This document shows positions 27,762 to 38,954 of a DNA stretch of 64,000 bases, in pieces. Each line of letters starts with the position of its first letter. Within the stretch, counting starts at the first letter, position 1. The stretch is from Limnothrix sp. BL-A-16 (GTDB lineage Bacteria; Cyanobacteriota; Cyanobacteriia; CACIAM-69d). A program made the translations under genes and the position numbers. Location of the stretch: the NCBI GenBank assembly GCA_041937175.2, contig CP166615.1:3072001-3136000 (forward strand), given 5' to 3'. Under the pieces are notes generated by a model, which did not search any database, was not told the origin of the DNA, and saw only the letters and a list, made by a program, of their open reading frames with translations.

Positions 27762-30700
27762 TTACCCCACCGGCTCCAGGGACTCATCGATCGCCTGTTC
27801 AGCGCGATCGCGGGCCGACTGTTCCGCCATTGCGATCAGGAACTGGAAGGCCTTCACCATGAAGGTGGCGCAATTGTAAGGCGACGTTTCATAGAACTGT
27901 TGCCAGGCCTGACCCTTGCGCTCGTTGTAAATGGGTTCATCCTCGGGATGGCGATCGAGCCAGGCCAACCGCACCGCATGGCCCACCAACACATCCAACA
28001 CCAGGTAATCATCAATTTGCAGCTCAGGGTTGCGATCGGTCAGGGCTGCCAACTCCGCCAACGCTTCCATGCAAACCTGTCGGTAAAGCGGCGCACCAAT
28101 CTTGTTCAGCAGGTGTTCCACTTGCAGGGCGAAGTTTTTTTCGCCGGGGGTCATTTCCGCCAACACCAAGGCACTGTCGAGCCGGTTGCGACGCTCCAGC
28201 TTGTCCCCAATCACCAGGCCCTTGCAATGGCCCAACAGGTTCCAAACCTGGGGATAAAAATCCTTGGGCACGCGATTTAACGCGCCGTCCAGTTCCCGCT
28301 GGCGGGCCCAACTCCCGGCGGGGGGCAGACCCTCTTCCCGCTGCGGCACAATCGTCCACTCGATCGCCCGGCCCGTGGCCCGCAGGTGCAACGATTCCTG
28401 CTGTTGCAAGGCCAAAGTTGCGCCCTGATAGCCTTCCAGCACGTGGCGCAAGCGCAATTGCACCTCGTAGGGACTGAGTTCCATCAGTTGCTCGTAGGCC
28501 TCATCGGGCGTGACGAGCATTTCGCGACCCAATTCGCTCACCAACAGCAGCAGAAAATAGCTGGTGCGAAGGGTCAAAAAGCCTTTGAACAGGGCGGGGT
28601 TGGACTTAATCAACACGCCCAAGGCCACCAAAATTTCCTGGCTCAAGACCCGATCGCGGATGTCTTCTCCGCAAAATTCGTCAATCTTGGCCATGATCTC
28701 GTCGTGGGGCATGGGGCGATCGATCAAGGATCCCTCGCTGTAGGCCCGGCCCACGGCAATAAACTTTTGCCGCACCAGCAAATCGGTCACCGCGTCCGAA
28801 AGGTTAATGTCTGCCTTGTTCAACAGGCCCGCCGCCCGCCGCACAATTGCCCAATAGGGCCGACAGCGAGCAATTCCGTCAGATTCCACAACGCTGTAGC
28901 CCTGAAGGGCCCGGTTATAGATTTCTTCCACCAGCAGGTTGAGGGGCACGGCGCGATCGTCCCCGGCAAAGCCCGTCTCAAAATCCGGGCCCACCAGTCG
29001 CCACAGATCTTGAATTAGCTCAATTTGTTCATAGAGATTCACCGTAGCCCGCAGCCGGGTGAGCAAGCTCTTGGGATTGGTTTCCGACTCCAGTTGAAAT
29101 TCCTGGCGACTGCTGAGGGGTTTGGTGTCCGCCGCCGAAAAGGCCAGATATTGGGACAGGGGCAAGGGCCCACCACTGGTCGCAGATTGCTCGAATTCGT
29201 AGCCGTGGAGAAAGTCAATCCGCTCGCTCCCGGCGGTGAGCACAAAGGATTGCAGTCGTCCCAGGCGGATCGGCACATTGTTGCATTTGCCAGATTTGAA
29301 ATCCGCAATCAGGGAGAGCAGGGGCGATCGGGTGTCGAGGTCGGCTTCTGTGGATCCCAACATTTCCCGGGTCAGCAACAGGGTCATGGTGGGTCGCCCC
29401 AACTGTCGCCACTGGCGGGCAATGTAAGCCAGTTCGCTGCGAATTTGGGAGGTCAAAAACTCCGGATCTGCCCCCGAATAGAACTGCTCTTGATCTAAAA
29501 AGGAGGGCAGAAACACCATGGTTTTGCCGCAAATCGAGAAAATTCGCGACGTGGTGAGGGTGCGCAGCCGCCGCAGGGGCCGCCCCGTGAGGCCCAGGGC
29601 TTCGTTGCGGCCGATTTGGGCATAGGCCGCCGAGAGATCCCGCGCGGGCCGCACCTCGATCGGGGCCACTTGATCCGGCGTTTGGGTTTCAATTCCGTAG
29701 ATTGCCAGTTGATGTTGCAGGGCCGCATCTTCCGCCAGCAACACCATTTGCACCAACGGTTCCCGCACGGCTCCCGGGCGCGATCGCCGGCCGAGGGGAT
29801 CCAAATCCGCCACATCGATCAGCTCTTCCAACACCAACTGACCCAGCAGCCACAGGGATTGGGCCCAAACCAGGGGTACGTTGTCGTTGGGCAAGCGGGT
29901 TTGGGAACCGGGGTTGGCCTGTTCGGCGGCGATCGCCTCCTCCGGTACGTAATAGACCTCCGGCAACAGAGCGAATCCCTCCCGCTCCACGGCCACCCCT
30001 TGCAATCGCTGGTGATAGTCCAAGGCCCTGTCCCGATCGCCCCGAAACAGGGCATCCAACATCAAATAGGTCCAAAACAGCGGCCACTCGCACTCAATAT
30101 GCTCAAAGCGCTTGAGTTCATAGGGTTCGTAATGCAGACGGCTGGTGTCTTCCAGAACGGTTTGGTGACCATCCCGCAGGAACCGCTTGCAGCCGTAGCG
30201 CCCCTCCAGTTTTTCGACAATTTGCCGCCGCGTGCGATCGACCAAATTCGCATCATCCACCGCGAACGCCGGGAAGCCAATGATGCTCAACAGGGCCCCA
30301 TCCACCTCCTTAGAAGCCGACTCGCGCGGCAACAGGGATTCCAGCGTGGCCCGCGATCGGGCAATTTCATCCTCCAGCACATGCAGCACGGATAATTGCG
30401 ATCCCCTTGCCCCAAACAGATCAAACCCATTCAGCGCTTCCAACGCCGCCTTCGCCATCCCGATCGAGCTGGCGTTTAGCTCCGGGTTGCCGTGATTAAT
30501 CTTGTTGCCCCGTTCCCAAATGCCGTAATCGGCCGTGCGGTAGGCACGCCCGATGTAATAGACCAGATTTTGGACAAAATTCACCTCGTCGGTGGTGTAA
30601 ATCACCTCCAAACCCGAAGCCGTCATTTGCGCCAAGATCAACAAAAATACCGAAGTGGCATCAATTTGTAGATGGCCCCAGCCGTCATCGGCCACCACCG

Positions 30701-31076
30701 TGTTACCCGTGCTCGTGTCGTACTTAGCATGGAGCGCATCTAACGGATCTTGGGTGTGCTTAAAGCGCTCCACCTTGTGGGCTTGCCGCATCATCGATGA
30801 CAACAGACCCCGCATCAGCTTCACCACGCTCTGCTGAATTTCGTAGCCGCGTCCCGCTTCGAGTCCCGCCTTGCGATAGGCCAGCGCCAGCCCCCAGGCT
30901 GCCAAGATGCTGTAGACGTTATCGCGTACCCAAGCATCGGTGTAGTCCCCATGGATATTAACGGCGGTGCTGGCAGGCATCAGGCCGCTGATGGGGTGTT
31001 GGCGGTTCAAAATGACCTGGGAAATCAGCCGATCGAAATACTCCAGGCGATCGCGACGGGACTGAGAGGCGGTCAT
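27762..31076 (-). CDS. Glycoside hydrolase family 15 / phosphorylase kinase alpha-beta subunit-like protein
   Basis: DAWVRDNVYSI, LHAKYD, WGHLQIDATS, DYGIWERGNK, LPRESASKEVD, GCKRFLRDGHQT, ECEWPLF, MTPGEKNFAL. Confidence 0.9.
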   Translation of the reverse strand: MTASQSRRDRLEYFDRLISQVILNRQHPISGLMPASTAVNIHGDYTDAWVRDNVYSILAAWGLALAYRKAGLEAGRGYEIQQSVVKLMRGLLSSMMRQAHKVERFKHTQDPLDALHAKYDTSTGNTVVADDGWGHLQIDATSVFLLILAQMTASGLEVIYTTDEVNFVQNLVYYIGRAYRTADYGIWERGNKINHGNPELNASSIGMAKAALEALNGFDLFGARGSQLSVLHVLEDEIARSRATLESLLPRESASKEVDGALLSIIGFPAFAVDDANLVDRTRRQIVEKLEGRYGCKRFLRDGHQTVLEDTSRLHYEPYELKRFEHIECEWPLFWTYLMLDALFRGDRDRALDYHQRLQGVAVEREGFALLPEVYYVPEEAIAAEQANPGSQTRLPNDNVPLVWAQSLWLLGQLVLEELIDVADLDPLGRRSRPGAVREPLVQMVLLAEDAALQHQLAIYGIETQTPDQVAPIEVRPARDLSAAYAQIGRNEALGLTGRPLRRLRTLTTSRIFSICGKTMVFLPSFLDQEQFYSGADPEFLTSQIRSELAYIARQWRQLGRPTMTLLLTREMLGSTEADLDTRSPLLSLIADFKSGKCNNVPIRLGRLQSFVLTAGSERIDFLHGYEFEQSATSGGPLPLSQYLAFSAADTKPLSSRQEFQLESETNPKSLLTRLRATVNLYEQIELIQDLWRLVGPDFETGFAGDDRAVPLNLLVEEIYNRALQGYSVVESDGIARCRPYWAIVRRAAGLLNKADINLSDAVTDLLVRQKFIAVGRAYSEGSLIDRPMPHDEIMAKIDEFCGEDIRDRVLSQEILVALGVLIKSNPALFKGFLTLRTSYFLLLLVSELGREMLVTPDEAYEQLMELSPYEVQLRLRHVLEGYQGATLALQQQESLHLRATGRAIEWTIVPQREEGLPPAGSWARQRELDGALNRVPKDFYPQVWNLLGHCKGLVIGDKLERRNRLDSALVLAEMTPGEKNFALQVEHLLNKIGAPLYRQVCMEALAELAALTDRNPELQIDDYLVLDVLVGHAVRLAWLDRHPEDEPIYNERKGQAWQQFYETSPYNCATFMVKAFQFLIAMAEQSARDRAEQAIDESLEPVG

Positions 31077-31170
31077 AGGCTACGGCAGGGACTTAAAGAC
31101 ACTATAGACGGTTTATTTTCCTGGATCGCGGCAACGCTGAAGCCTTTATAAAAGCCTTGGTTAATGCTCT

Positions 31171-31240
31171 AGGTTCAGGCTTTTGGATTCCGGCCTCTGG
31201 ATTCCGGCCTCTGGATTCAGGCTTCTAGATTCAGGCTGCG
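31171..31240. repeat. 14-bp tandem repeat, 5 units (GGATTCCGGCCTCT-like)
   Basis: aggttcaggctttt/ggattccggcctct/ggattccggcctct/ggattcaggcttct/agattcaggctgcg. Confidence 0.8.
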
Positions 31241-32491
31241 TCGTTGGTGAATGAATTGCCCATGATTCGGTGGCCTGACCCTTGAGGGAGACCCAGGAGC
31301 CACAAGCTGTGCCGGGGCGATCGGGAACATCCGCCCAAGGAGTGGGGGCAGTTGTGATCGGAATCTCCCTGGCTAGCCAGGCGATCGCCGTAAAATTGGC
31401 TCAAGGGGATTGCAACGGTTGTCAATTTCTTGTCAGCCTTTGGTCAGCAATTTGCAGCCACCAACGGTCAGCCGCTCTTAGCCCTGCCTCCAACAGCCCC
31501 CCAAAACGGGCCCAAGCTTCCCCATCCAGCGCGTTAAATTTCGGCTAATGAATGGGCCTTGCGTGTTCACGAAGTTCGAGAGGGGGGAATTGAGGTCTAA
31601 CTCGAAATTCTACGGAGTCTTGCTCTGGGAACCGTTAGAATCGATTTCTAGATCTCAATGATGGGTCTCACCCCCCATGGCGATTGATCGGGGGAGTCCG
31701 CGCCGGGGACAACGGGGAGCCTATTCAACTTCAATGGGATGGGGGCTGGTTGAAAGTGATGCAACAAAACCGTTTGGGAGGCAAATCGGTTCGGAGAATT
31801 CGGCAAAATCGGGGTCGAATAGAGCGATCATTGCTGTTGGGGCCGCTGAGTCCACAATCCCGCAAGAGTCTACGGCTGGGTTCAGCCTTGGGGTTGGATG
31901 TCTGATGTTGGGGGTCACAGCGCAAGTTGATGCAAGGCTGCAACAATCTACGCGGCTCTCTATGCGACTCTGTGCGAATCGATTGAGGCATTATCCCGAC
32001 CATTGCCTCGCTGCTGTGGCAATTGAGGAGTAGCAACGCAAACACCTGCCTGAGTAATTCTTGTTGGACGAGTGAATGGTTAGTAATTGCTCGCGACTAG
32101 GGCAATTTGAAGCTAGGGGTTTCACCCCTCCTATGCTTGAGTTAGAACCCTACGGAATGACACTAGGGTTAAGTTGGGCGTGGGAGTGCGCTCCGAACCA
32201 TTGTCGCGAATTGATTGGTCGCCAATTAAGTCTCCAATTGATCGATCGCGAATTTATTCAGGTGCATTTGCCGTTGCTGTTGCAAATCGTTGTGCAGTCG
32301 CCATGGCAGCTTCCAAGTCAGGTTCGACCGAAACCACCGGCCGAGACCCAGGGGTCTCCAGCCGATCGGGGGCAGTGGATCGATCAACCCTGTGGTCAAC
32401 CATGGGTCAGGTCAGGTCAGCGATGTTGGCCCGAATCTATTGGCCAAGGGCTGATGTGGTGGAACTATCAGGGGGCCAGGAGGGTGATCGC

Positions 32492-35400
32492 GTGAACTTA
32501 CGCCGAAAAACCTTGGCGATTGTGGGGATGGCGGCGGTGGTGTCGATCGTGACGCTCTGCATTGCGCTGTCGGTGTTGGTCTCTGGGGACTTTCGGGCCC
32601 TGGAGGTGCAATATGCGCGCCAAGATGCTCAACGGGCCATGGATGCCCTCTCGGCGGATTTTGACAGTCTGGCGGTGGCGGCTCAGGAATATGCAGAGTG
32701 GGACGATACCTATGAATTCATCGAAACGCGCAACCCTGCCTATATCCAATCCAATCTGATCGATCGCACGTTTACGGCTTTGCGGCTGAATGCGATCGCG
32801 ATTGTGAATCGCCAGAAGCAAGTGCTTTACAGCCAAGGATTTGATGCGACGCGGGGGCGGTTGCAACCGGCCGATCGCTCCCTGTTGAACTATTTGGCTG
32901 GGCCGGGCCAAACGACGCTTTTACAACAGGATCAGCCCGATCGCGTAATTTCGGGGTTGGTGTCCCTGCCGGAAGGGGTGTTGATGGTGGCGGCCCGCCC
33001 GATCGTCACCAGCCAAGGAGCCGGCCCCATTCGCGGCGCGTTGGTGGTGGGCCGCTGGTTGGATCAAGTGGAAATCGATCGCCTGGCGGAGGGGGTAGAA
33101 TTACAGCTTTCTCTGCGGCCGGCGGTCAGCCTAGAGCAATTTCAGGCTGCGGACTCTGGAACCCTCGGCCAGCCCATGACCCTGGAGGTGAGCCGGCCCG
33201 GTTTGGCCCGCAGCCCAATCTCCATCACGGCCCTGGAATCCTTGGATCTGCTGCGGGCGGAAATTCTGCTGCGGAACCTGGAAGGGGAACCGGCCCTGAT
33301 TTTGGAAGTGACGCTGCCTCGGGAAATTTATCACCGCAGCCAACGGGCGATCCGCTATCTGGGAGCCGCCACGGTGTTTTGTGGGGTGCTCTTTGGGGGC
33401 GTGGCCCTGCTGTCGATCGAGAAATTGGTGCTTGCCCGGTTAACTCGCCTCAGCACTGCGGTGGCCACCATTGGCCAGAGCGGCAACCTGGCCACTCGCT
33501 TAGAAATGCCTGGCAGTGACGAGCTGGGTCTTCTATCCAACAATATCGATGAGATGCTGGAGGCGCTCGATCGATTCCAACGGGAGCGATCGAGTGTCGA
33601 AGAGCGCTACCGGATCATGGCGGAGAACTCCACCGACTTGATCTCCCGGCAAACGGCCGACAATGTTTATATCTATGCCTCCCCCGCCTGCATGGCCCTG
33701 TTGGGCTATCACCCGGAAGAAATGGTGGGGCAACAACGTTGGGACTTTATCCATCCGGCCGATCGCGCTCGCCTCATCGAAGAAGACCAGCACGCCCGCG
33801 ATCGCAAAGCCACCTACACCACCCAATATCGAATTCGTCGCCACGATGGGTTCTACATCTGGTTTGAAACCACCAGTCGCGCCATCTACGACTCCCACAG
33901 CGGCGAATTTCAGGGCACGTTGTCCGTTTCGCGGGACATCACCCCCCGCAAACAGGTGGAGCAAGATCTGCGCGACAGCGAAAGTTCCATTCGTCGCCTC
34001 TATCAAATTGCCGCCGCTCGCCAACTGACCTTTGACGATCGATTGCAACGGTTGCTGCAAATGGGTTGCGAGCAATTTGGCTTGGAACTGGGGCTGCTGG
34101 TGGAAATTGACGATCGATTTGCCACCCTCCCGGATCCAGACCCTGCGGACTACAACGGTGGCATGGCCGCCGTGGGCGATTTGCAATGCCGCGTGGTGGG
34201 CATCTTTCACACGGGCGATCGCGCCCAAATGCCCAGCACCTGGGACTGGCAAGCGGGCGATCGGTTCCCCCTGCGCAACACCATCTTTCAGATTGCCGTT
34301 GCCCGCGAAGAGCCACTGTATTTCGAGTCCAAATCCCTGGCCCAGCTTGGCCCCACCGCCGTTGATGCGGCCCTGGAAATCGAAGCCTACCTCGGCACGC
34401 CAATCACCGTCGGCCGTCGGGGCTACGGCACCCTCTGTTTTTGGAGCAATCAAACCCGCAACCAGCCCTTCAAAGCCGTTGATATTGGTCTTTTGGAGCT
34501 GATGGGCCAATGGATTGGCGGCGAACTGGAACGCAAACAGGCCGCCGACGATCTGGCCCGGGCCCGCGACCAAGCCTTAGAGGCCACCCGGGCCAAGAGC
34601 GAATTTTTGGCCACCATGAGCCACGAAATCCGCACCCCCATGAACGCCGTCATCGGCATGACCGGGTTGCTGTTGGACACGGAACTAACCAGTCAGCAGC
34701 GGGACTTTGTGGAAACCGTTCGCAGTAGCGGCGATGCCCTGCTGGCGATCATTAACGACATCCTGGACTTCTCCAAGATCGAATCCGGCAAGCTGGATTT
34801 GGAATCGCAGCCCTTCGATTTGCGCAGTTGTATTGAAGAGTCCCTGGATTTATTAGCCGCCAAGGCCAGCGACAAGGGCTTGGATTTAGCCTACTGGATG
34901 GGATCAGCCGTCCCCAACCTAATCGTGGGGGACATTACCCGCCTGCGCCAAATTTTTGTGAACTTGGTGGGCAATGCGGTCAAGTTCACGGCCCGTGGGG
35001 AAGTGGTGATTCAGGTCGAGGCCAAGCCCCACACCACCAGCGACGAATCGAATGCCTTGCTGCAAAGCGACAGCACCCTTCCCCCAACCCGTTCCCACGA
35101 CTACAACGCACCGCTGTACGACATTCACTTTGCGGTGCGGGATACGGGCATTGGCATTCCGAGCGATCGCATGAACCGCCTGTTCAAATCCTTCAGCCAG
35201 GTGGATTCTTCCACCACTCGCCAATACGGCGGCACAGGGCTGGGGCTAGCGATCAGCAAGCGGCTCTCGGAAATGATGGGCGGGCGGATGTGGGTGGAAA
35301 GCGAACTGGGCAAAGGTTCCGTTTTTCACTTCACGATCGTGGCGGCGGCGGCTCCCTATGCGTCCCTGGTGGATTTCTATGAAGTCCAGCCCTATCTGCA

Positions 35401-36844
35401 AGGGAAGCGGGTGTTGATTGTGGATGACAACGCTACCCATCGGGATATTTTGGTGCGGCAGGTGGAGGCCTGGGGCACGGTGACCCACAGCACCGCTTCA
35501 CCCCAGGAAGCGATCGCCTGGATGATGCAAGGACAATCCTTTGATTTGGCGCTGCTGGATTTGCAAATGCCGCAGATGGACGGCTTGCAGTTGGCCCAGC
35601 GGTTGCAGGATTTGGCATTGCCCAAAACAACGCCATTGCGGATGATTGCCATGGCTCCAATGGGCTATCAGGAGCGCAGTGCCTCGCCGGTTTTTGCGAC
35701 AGTGGTGAACAAACCCATCAAGCAATCTCAGCTCTACAACGCGATCGTGACGGTGTTGGGCGGGCGCACGGCGGAAACGGTGGCCGCGCGATCGGTCACG
35801 GCCGATGTGGATCCCCACATGGCCGAGTTCCACCCGCTGCGGATTTTGCTGGCGGAAGACCATGCGGTGAACCAAAAGGTGGCGTTGCAGATTTTGCAGC
35901 GCATGGGGTATCGGGCTGATGTGGCGGGTAATGGGATTGAGGTGCTAGAGGCTCTGCGCCGTCAACCCTATGACGTGGTGTTGATGGATATGCAGATGCC
36001 GGAGATGGACGGGTTGGAAGCCACGGAGCGAATCCGACAGGAATGGGTGACAGAGCAGGGGCCCTACATCATTGCCATGACCGCTAACGCGATGCAGGGC
36101 GATCGGGAGGCTTGTATTCGAGCAGGGATGGATGATTACATCAGCAAGCCGATCCGAATTCAGAAGCTGGCGGAGGCTTTGGGGCGCTGTCCTTCTCGGG
36201 GGTTTGTCCAAGGGGGAACCGGCGAAACTGCGCCGGAACCGCCAACCTTGTCCGATTCGGTGTTGCCTGCGGTGGCGGAGAACGGTGCGGGAGCCGTGGC
36301 GATCGCCTTGCCGCAATTGGTGACGGCCCTTGTGAGCGCCGACTCGGAAGCGGTTGTGACCGAGGCGGTGACCCATACCAGCCCTGGGGAGCGGAACGGG
36401 GTCGGGCCGGACGTTGATCGAGCGGGTGACCGAACGGCCTCGGAACCAGCCGGGCCGCCGTTGCCTCCGGGGTGGACAGCCCATCAGGAACCCATTTTGG
36501 ATGAGCAAATCCTGAGCAGCCTGCGGGAGGTGGAGGTGCTAGATGAGGCGATCGAACTCTACTTGCGCGATTCTCCAATGCTGTTGGAAAAGGTGCGATC
36601 GGCCCTGAGCAATGGCAACACAGCCCACTTGAAAGATGCGGCCCATTCCCTCAAGTCCACCAGCGGAACCATGGGGGCCCTGTTGGTCTATCAAACCAGC
36701 CAGCACATTGAAACCGCTGCAAAACAGGGAGACTTGGCCCTCGCGCAGCGATGGTTACCCGTTGTGGAACAAGAACACCAACGAGCGGTGAATCAGCTCA
36801 AAAGTTTGGGGTTGGTGTTCCAGTCTTTGGAAGCGGAGGCTTGA
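32492..36844 (+). CDS. Hybrid histidine kinase: CHASE4-HAMP-PAS-GAF-HisKA-HATPase-REC-REC-Hpt
   Basis: GTG start after [14 protein letters not shown] (CHASE4), DELG.L (HAMP), IHPADR (PAS), [14 protein letters not shown], two REC domains (LLDLQMP, LMDMQMP), AHSLKSTS (Hpt). Confidence 0.92.
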   Translation: MNLRRKTLAIVGMAAVVSIVTLCIALSVLVSGDFRALEVQYARQDAQRAMDALSADFDSLAVAAQEYAEWDDTYEFIETRNPAYIQSNLIDRTFTALRLNAIAIVNRQKQVLYSQGFDATRGRLQPADRSLLNYLAGPGQTTLLQQDQPDRVISGLVSLPEGVLMVAARPIVTSQGAGPIRGALVVGRWLDQVEIDRLAEGVELQLSLRPAVSLEQFQAADSGTLGQPMTLEVSRPGLARSPISITALESLDLLRAEILLRNLEGEPALILEVTLPREIYHRSQRAIRYLGAATVFCGVLFGGVALLSIEKLVLARLTRLSTAVATIGQSGNLATRLEMPGSDELGLLSNNIDEMLEALDRFQRERSSVEERYRIMAENSTDLISRQTADNVYIYASPACMALLGYHPEEMVGQQRWDFIHPADRARLIEEDQHARDRKATYTTQYRIRRHDGFYIWFETTSRAIYDSHSGEFQGTLSVSRDITPRKQVEQDLRDSESSIRRLYQIAAARQLTFDDRLQRLLQMGCEQFGLELGLLVEIDDRFATLPDPDPADYNGGMAAVGDLQCRVVGIFHTGDRAQMPSTWDWQAGDRFPLRNTIFQIAVAREEPLYFESKSLAQLGPTAVDAALEIEAYLGTPITVGRRGYGTLCFWSNQTRNQPFKAVDIGLLELMGQWIGGELERKQAADDLARARDQALEATRAKSEFLATMSHEIRTPMNAVIGMTGLLLDTELTSQQRDFVETVRSSGDALLAIINDILDFSKIESGKLDLESQPFDLRSCIEESLDLLAAKASDKGLDLAYWMGSAVPNLIVGDITRLRQIFVNLVGNAVKFTARGEVVIQVEAKPHTTSDESNALLQSDSTLPPTRSHDYNAPLYDIHFAVRDTGIGIPSDRMNRLFKSFSQVDSSTTRQYGGTGLGLAISKRLSEMMGGRMWVESELGKGSVFHFTIVAAAAPYASLVDFYEVQPYLQGKRVLIVDDNATHRDILVRQVEAWGTVTHSTASPQEAIAWMMQGQSFDLALLDLQMPQMDGLQLAQRLQDLALPKTTPLRMIAMAPMGYQERSASPVFATVVNKPIKQSQLYNAIVTVLGGRTAETVAARSVTADVDPHMAEFHPLRILLAEDHAVNQKVALQILQRMGYRADVAGNGIEVLEALRRQPYDVVLMDMQMPEMDGLEATERIRQEWVTEQGPYIIAMTANAMQGDREACIRAGMDDYISKPIRIQKLAEALGRCPSRGFVQGGTGETAPEPPTLSDSVLPAVAENGAGAVAIALPQLVTALVSADSEAVVTEAVTHTSPGERNGVGPDVDRAGDRTASEPAGPPLPPGWTAHQEPILDEQILSSLREVEVLDEAIELYLRDSPMLLEKVRSALSNGNTAHLKDAAHSLKSTSGTMGALLVYQTSQHIETAAKQGDLALAQRWLPVVEQEHQRAVNQLKSLGLVFQSLEAEA

Positions 36845-37013
36845 AGCGACTGGGGCCGAAGTCTGATGGATCGGTGATCCCAGGCAGAGTAGCGAGAAAC
36901 CCACAATGCGGTTTTGCTGTGCTATGAATCACAGCGATCGGGTAGTAATGGCCATACACTAGGAAACAGGGTGTCAGACCCCCTAAAGTCAACGCACTAC
37001 CCTGCTAGTAACC

Positions 37014-37802
37014 ATGGCTGCTCGTCCTGCTTGTATTGCGCCCAACGATCTGCGCGCCCGCAGTTTGGAGTTGCTGAACGCCTATCGGGCCTGTCCCTCA
37101 ACGGAACTGCGCAATCGCTTGGTTGAGCTGAACTTTGGCCTGGTGAAGAAAGAAGCGGCCCACTGGGTTGCCCAATGCCAGGAAAGCTACGAAGATCTGC
37201 TCCAAATTGGCAGCATTGGCCTCATTCGGGCGATCGAGCGGTTTGATGCTAGCAAGGGCAACGCCTTTAGCTCCTTCGCCCTTCCCTACATTCGGGGCGA
37301 AATTCAGCACTACCTCCGCGATCGCAGTAGTTCAATTCGGATTCCTCGCCGCTGGTTGGAACTCCAGCAGCAATCCGCCACCATCACCCGCAACTTGCGG
37401 GAATCCCTGGGCCGTCAGCCCAATGATTGGGAAATTGCGGAGGCCCTCGGGATTGAGCTGAGCGAGTGGCAGCATGTGGAGCTGGCTCGTCAAAATCGAT
37501 CGCCCCTCAGCCTGGATGCGCCGGTACGCAGCGACGAAGAGGAACCGTCATCCTTGGGGGACACGCTCCCTGATCGTAAATATCGCAGCTTCCAACTGGC
37601 CGAAGAAGACCGCCTGCGTTTGAACCAAGCCTTGGTCAAACTAGAAGAGCGCACCCGCCAGATTCTGGAATTTGTTTTCCTCCATGACTTGACCCAAAAA
37701 GAAGTGGCCGATCGGATGGGAATCAGCGCTGTGACCGTTTCCCGTCGGGTGCGCAAGGGTCTCGAGTCCTTGAAGGACATGATGGAACCTGTTGACGATT
37801 AG
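37014..37802 (+). CDS. sigF: RNA polymerase group 3 sigma factor SigF
   Basis: LRNRLVELNFGLVKKEA, YEDLLQIGSIGLIRAIERFD, FALPYIRGEIQHYLRD, LTQKEVA..MGISAVTVSRR. Confidence 0.92.
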   Translation: MAARPACIAPNDLRARSLELLNAYRACPSTELRNRLVELNFGLVKKEAAHWVAQCQESYEDLLQIGSIGLIRAIERFDASKGNAFSSFALPYIRGEIQHYLRDRSSSIRIPRRWLELQQQSATITRNLRESLGRQPNDWEIAEALGIELSEWQHVELARQNRSPLSLDAPVRSDEEEPSSLGDTLPDRKYRSFQLAEEDRLRLNQALVKLEERTRQILEFVFLHDLTQKEVADRMGISAVTVSRRVRKGLESLKDMMEPVDD

Positions 37803-37855
37803 TTAATGATTAACCATTGATGATTAAGCGTTGATGACTAAACCTTGACCACTCA
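37789..37855 (+). repeat. Tandem copies of the sigF 3' end (mainly 14-bp units)
   Basis: ctGTTGACGATTAG, ttAATGATTAA, ccATTGATGATTAA, gcGTTGATGACTAA, acCTTGACCACTCA. Confidence 0.8.
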
Positions 37856-38107
37856 GCGGTTCAGGTTGAACCTTTGGGTAATCACATAGCCCCGTTCTGA
37901 TCGCTTAGGAGTTGATCTCATCAAGCTCCAGAGGCCAGTTCTTAACCCGATTGAAGTCGCTTCCGAGGCAGCATTGCCAAACCCGAAGCCAATCGGAGAT
38001 CAGGACTCAGAAAACGAGACGATCGCCTAGCCATTGGTTACAATGCTGGGCAGCTCAGTCCCTTGGACTCAACCATCCCGCGGACTCAACCATCGGAGAA
38101 TTCACCT

Positions 38108-38953
38108 ATGCCCAGCCTGGTACGGTTTGGGGCAGCCGTAGCCCTGCTGGTGGCAGCCACCAGTTGTGGTGGCCCCACAGACACTGCAACCACTAACGAG
38201 GCCAGCCCAACTGCGTCCCCCGCCAGCGGTACGGATGCGCCCGCCGCCACCGTGCCCAAGGCTGACTTCAAATCGCCCATGGTTGCCGGTCGCCCCAAGA
38301 CGGCCGTACCCACCATCCAGCGGTTTATTCAGCCCACCAACATCGACGCAAGGGCCAAGCAAACCCAAACCGAAATTCAGCAAAATAGCAAAAACAGTCG
38401 GCGCGATCCCTTTGCGATTCCGCTGCAAGTGCAGCCCCTGGCCAAGTTGCCGGACGGCAGCCCTGTGGGCCCCAGCGTGACCCAATCCCCCCGACCGATC
38501 GCCATTCCATCCCCCACTTGGCAAGAGCCGGAAACCGACGTGGAAGGCCGCGATTTCCGAGGCTATCCCCCGCCAACGCTGGTTGATCCGCCCAAGCCGC
38601 GGCCGGCGGTGCGTCGTCCCACGCCTGCTCGCTCTCCGGTGGCCGCGCGGCCGCAAGTGCCGCCTGTGACGGTTCCCAGCCAGCCGCCCGCGCCCCCTTC
38701 GCCCACAGATGCCCTCAGTTTGCGGGTGACCGGTGTGGTGCAAGTGGGCGATCGATTCCAAATCATTGTGCAAATTCCCGGTGAGAACTCCGAGCGCTAC
38801 GTGAATGTGGGCGATCGAATTGCCAATGGCCAGGTTTTGGTGAAGCGGGTGGAACTGAGCAAGACTCTGGATCCGGTGGTGATTTTTGAGCAATATGGCC
38901 AAGAAGTGGCGAAAAATGTGGGTGACAGTGCCCAACCGATCGCCATGCGTTAG
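38108..38953 (+). CDS. Lipoprotein, PilP/GspC-like
   Basis: Lipobox ..LLVAATSC; RRDPF; Pro-rich linker; C-terminal VTGVVQVG...IVQIPGE..ERYVNVGDRI.NGQVLVKRV. Confidence 0.65.
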   Translation: MPSLVRFGAAVALLVAATSCGGPTDTATTNEASPTASPASGTDAPAATVPKADFKSPMVAGRPKTAVPTIQRFIQPTNIDARAKQTQTEIQQNSKNSRRDPFAIPLQVQPLAKLPDGSPVGPSVTQSPRPIAIPSPTWQEPETDVEGRDFRGYPPPTLVDPPKPRPAVRRPTPARSPVAARPQVPPVTVPSQPPAPPSPTDALSLRVTGVVQVGDRFQIIVQIPGENSERYVNVGDRIANGQVLVKRVELSKTLDPVVIFEQYGQEVAKNVGDSAQPIAMR

Positions 38954-38954
38954 G

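Noticed and set aside
32174..32491. N-terminal extensions in the ORF track (hybrid kinase; also ndhH to 8773, PEP-CTERM from 19863, folE from 50048, nuclease to 60589)
   Set aside because: Downstream starts fit family N-termini or RBS positions better.
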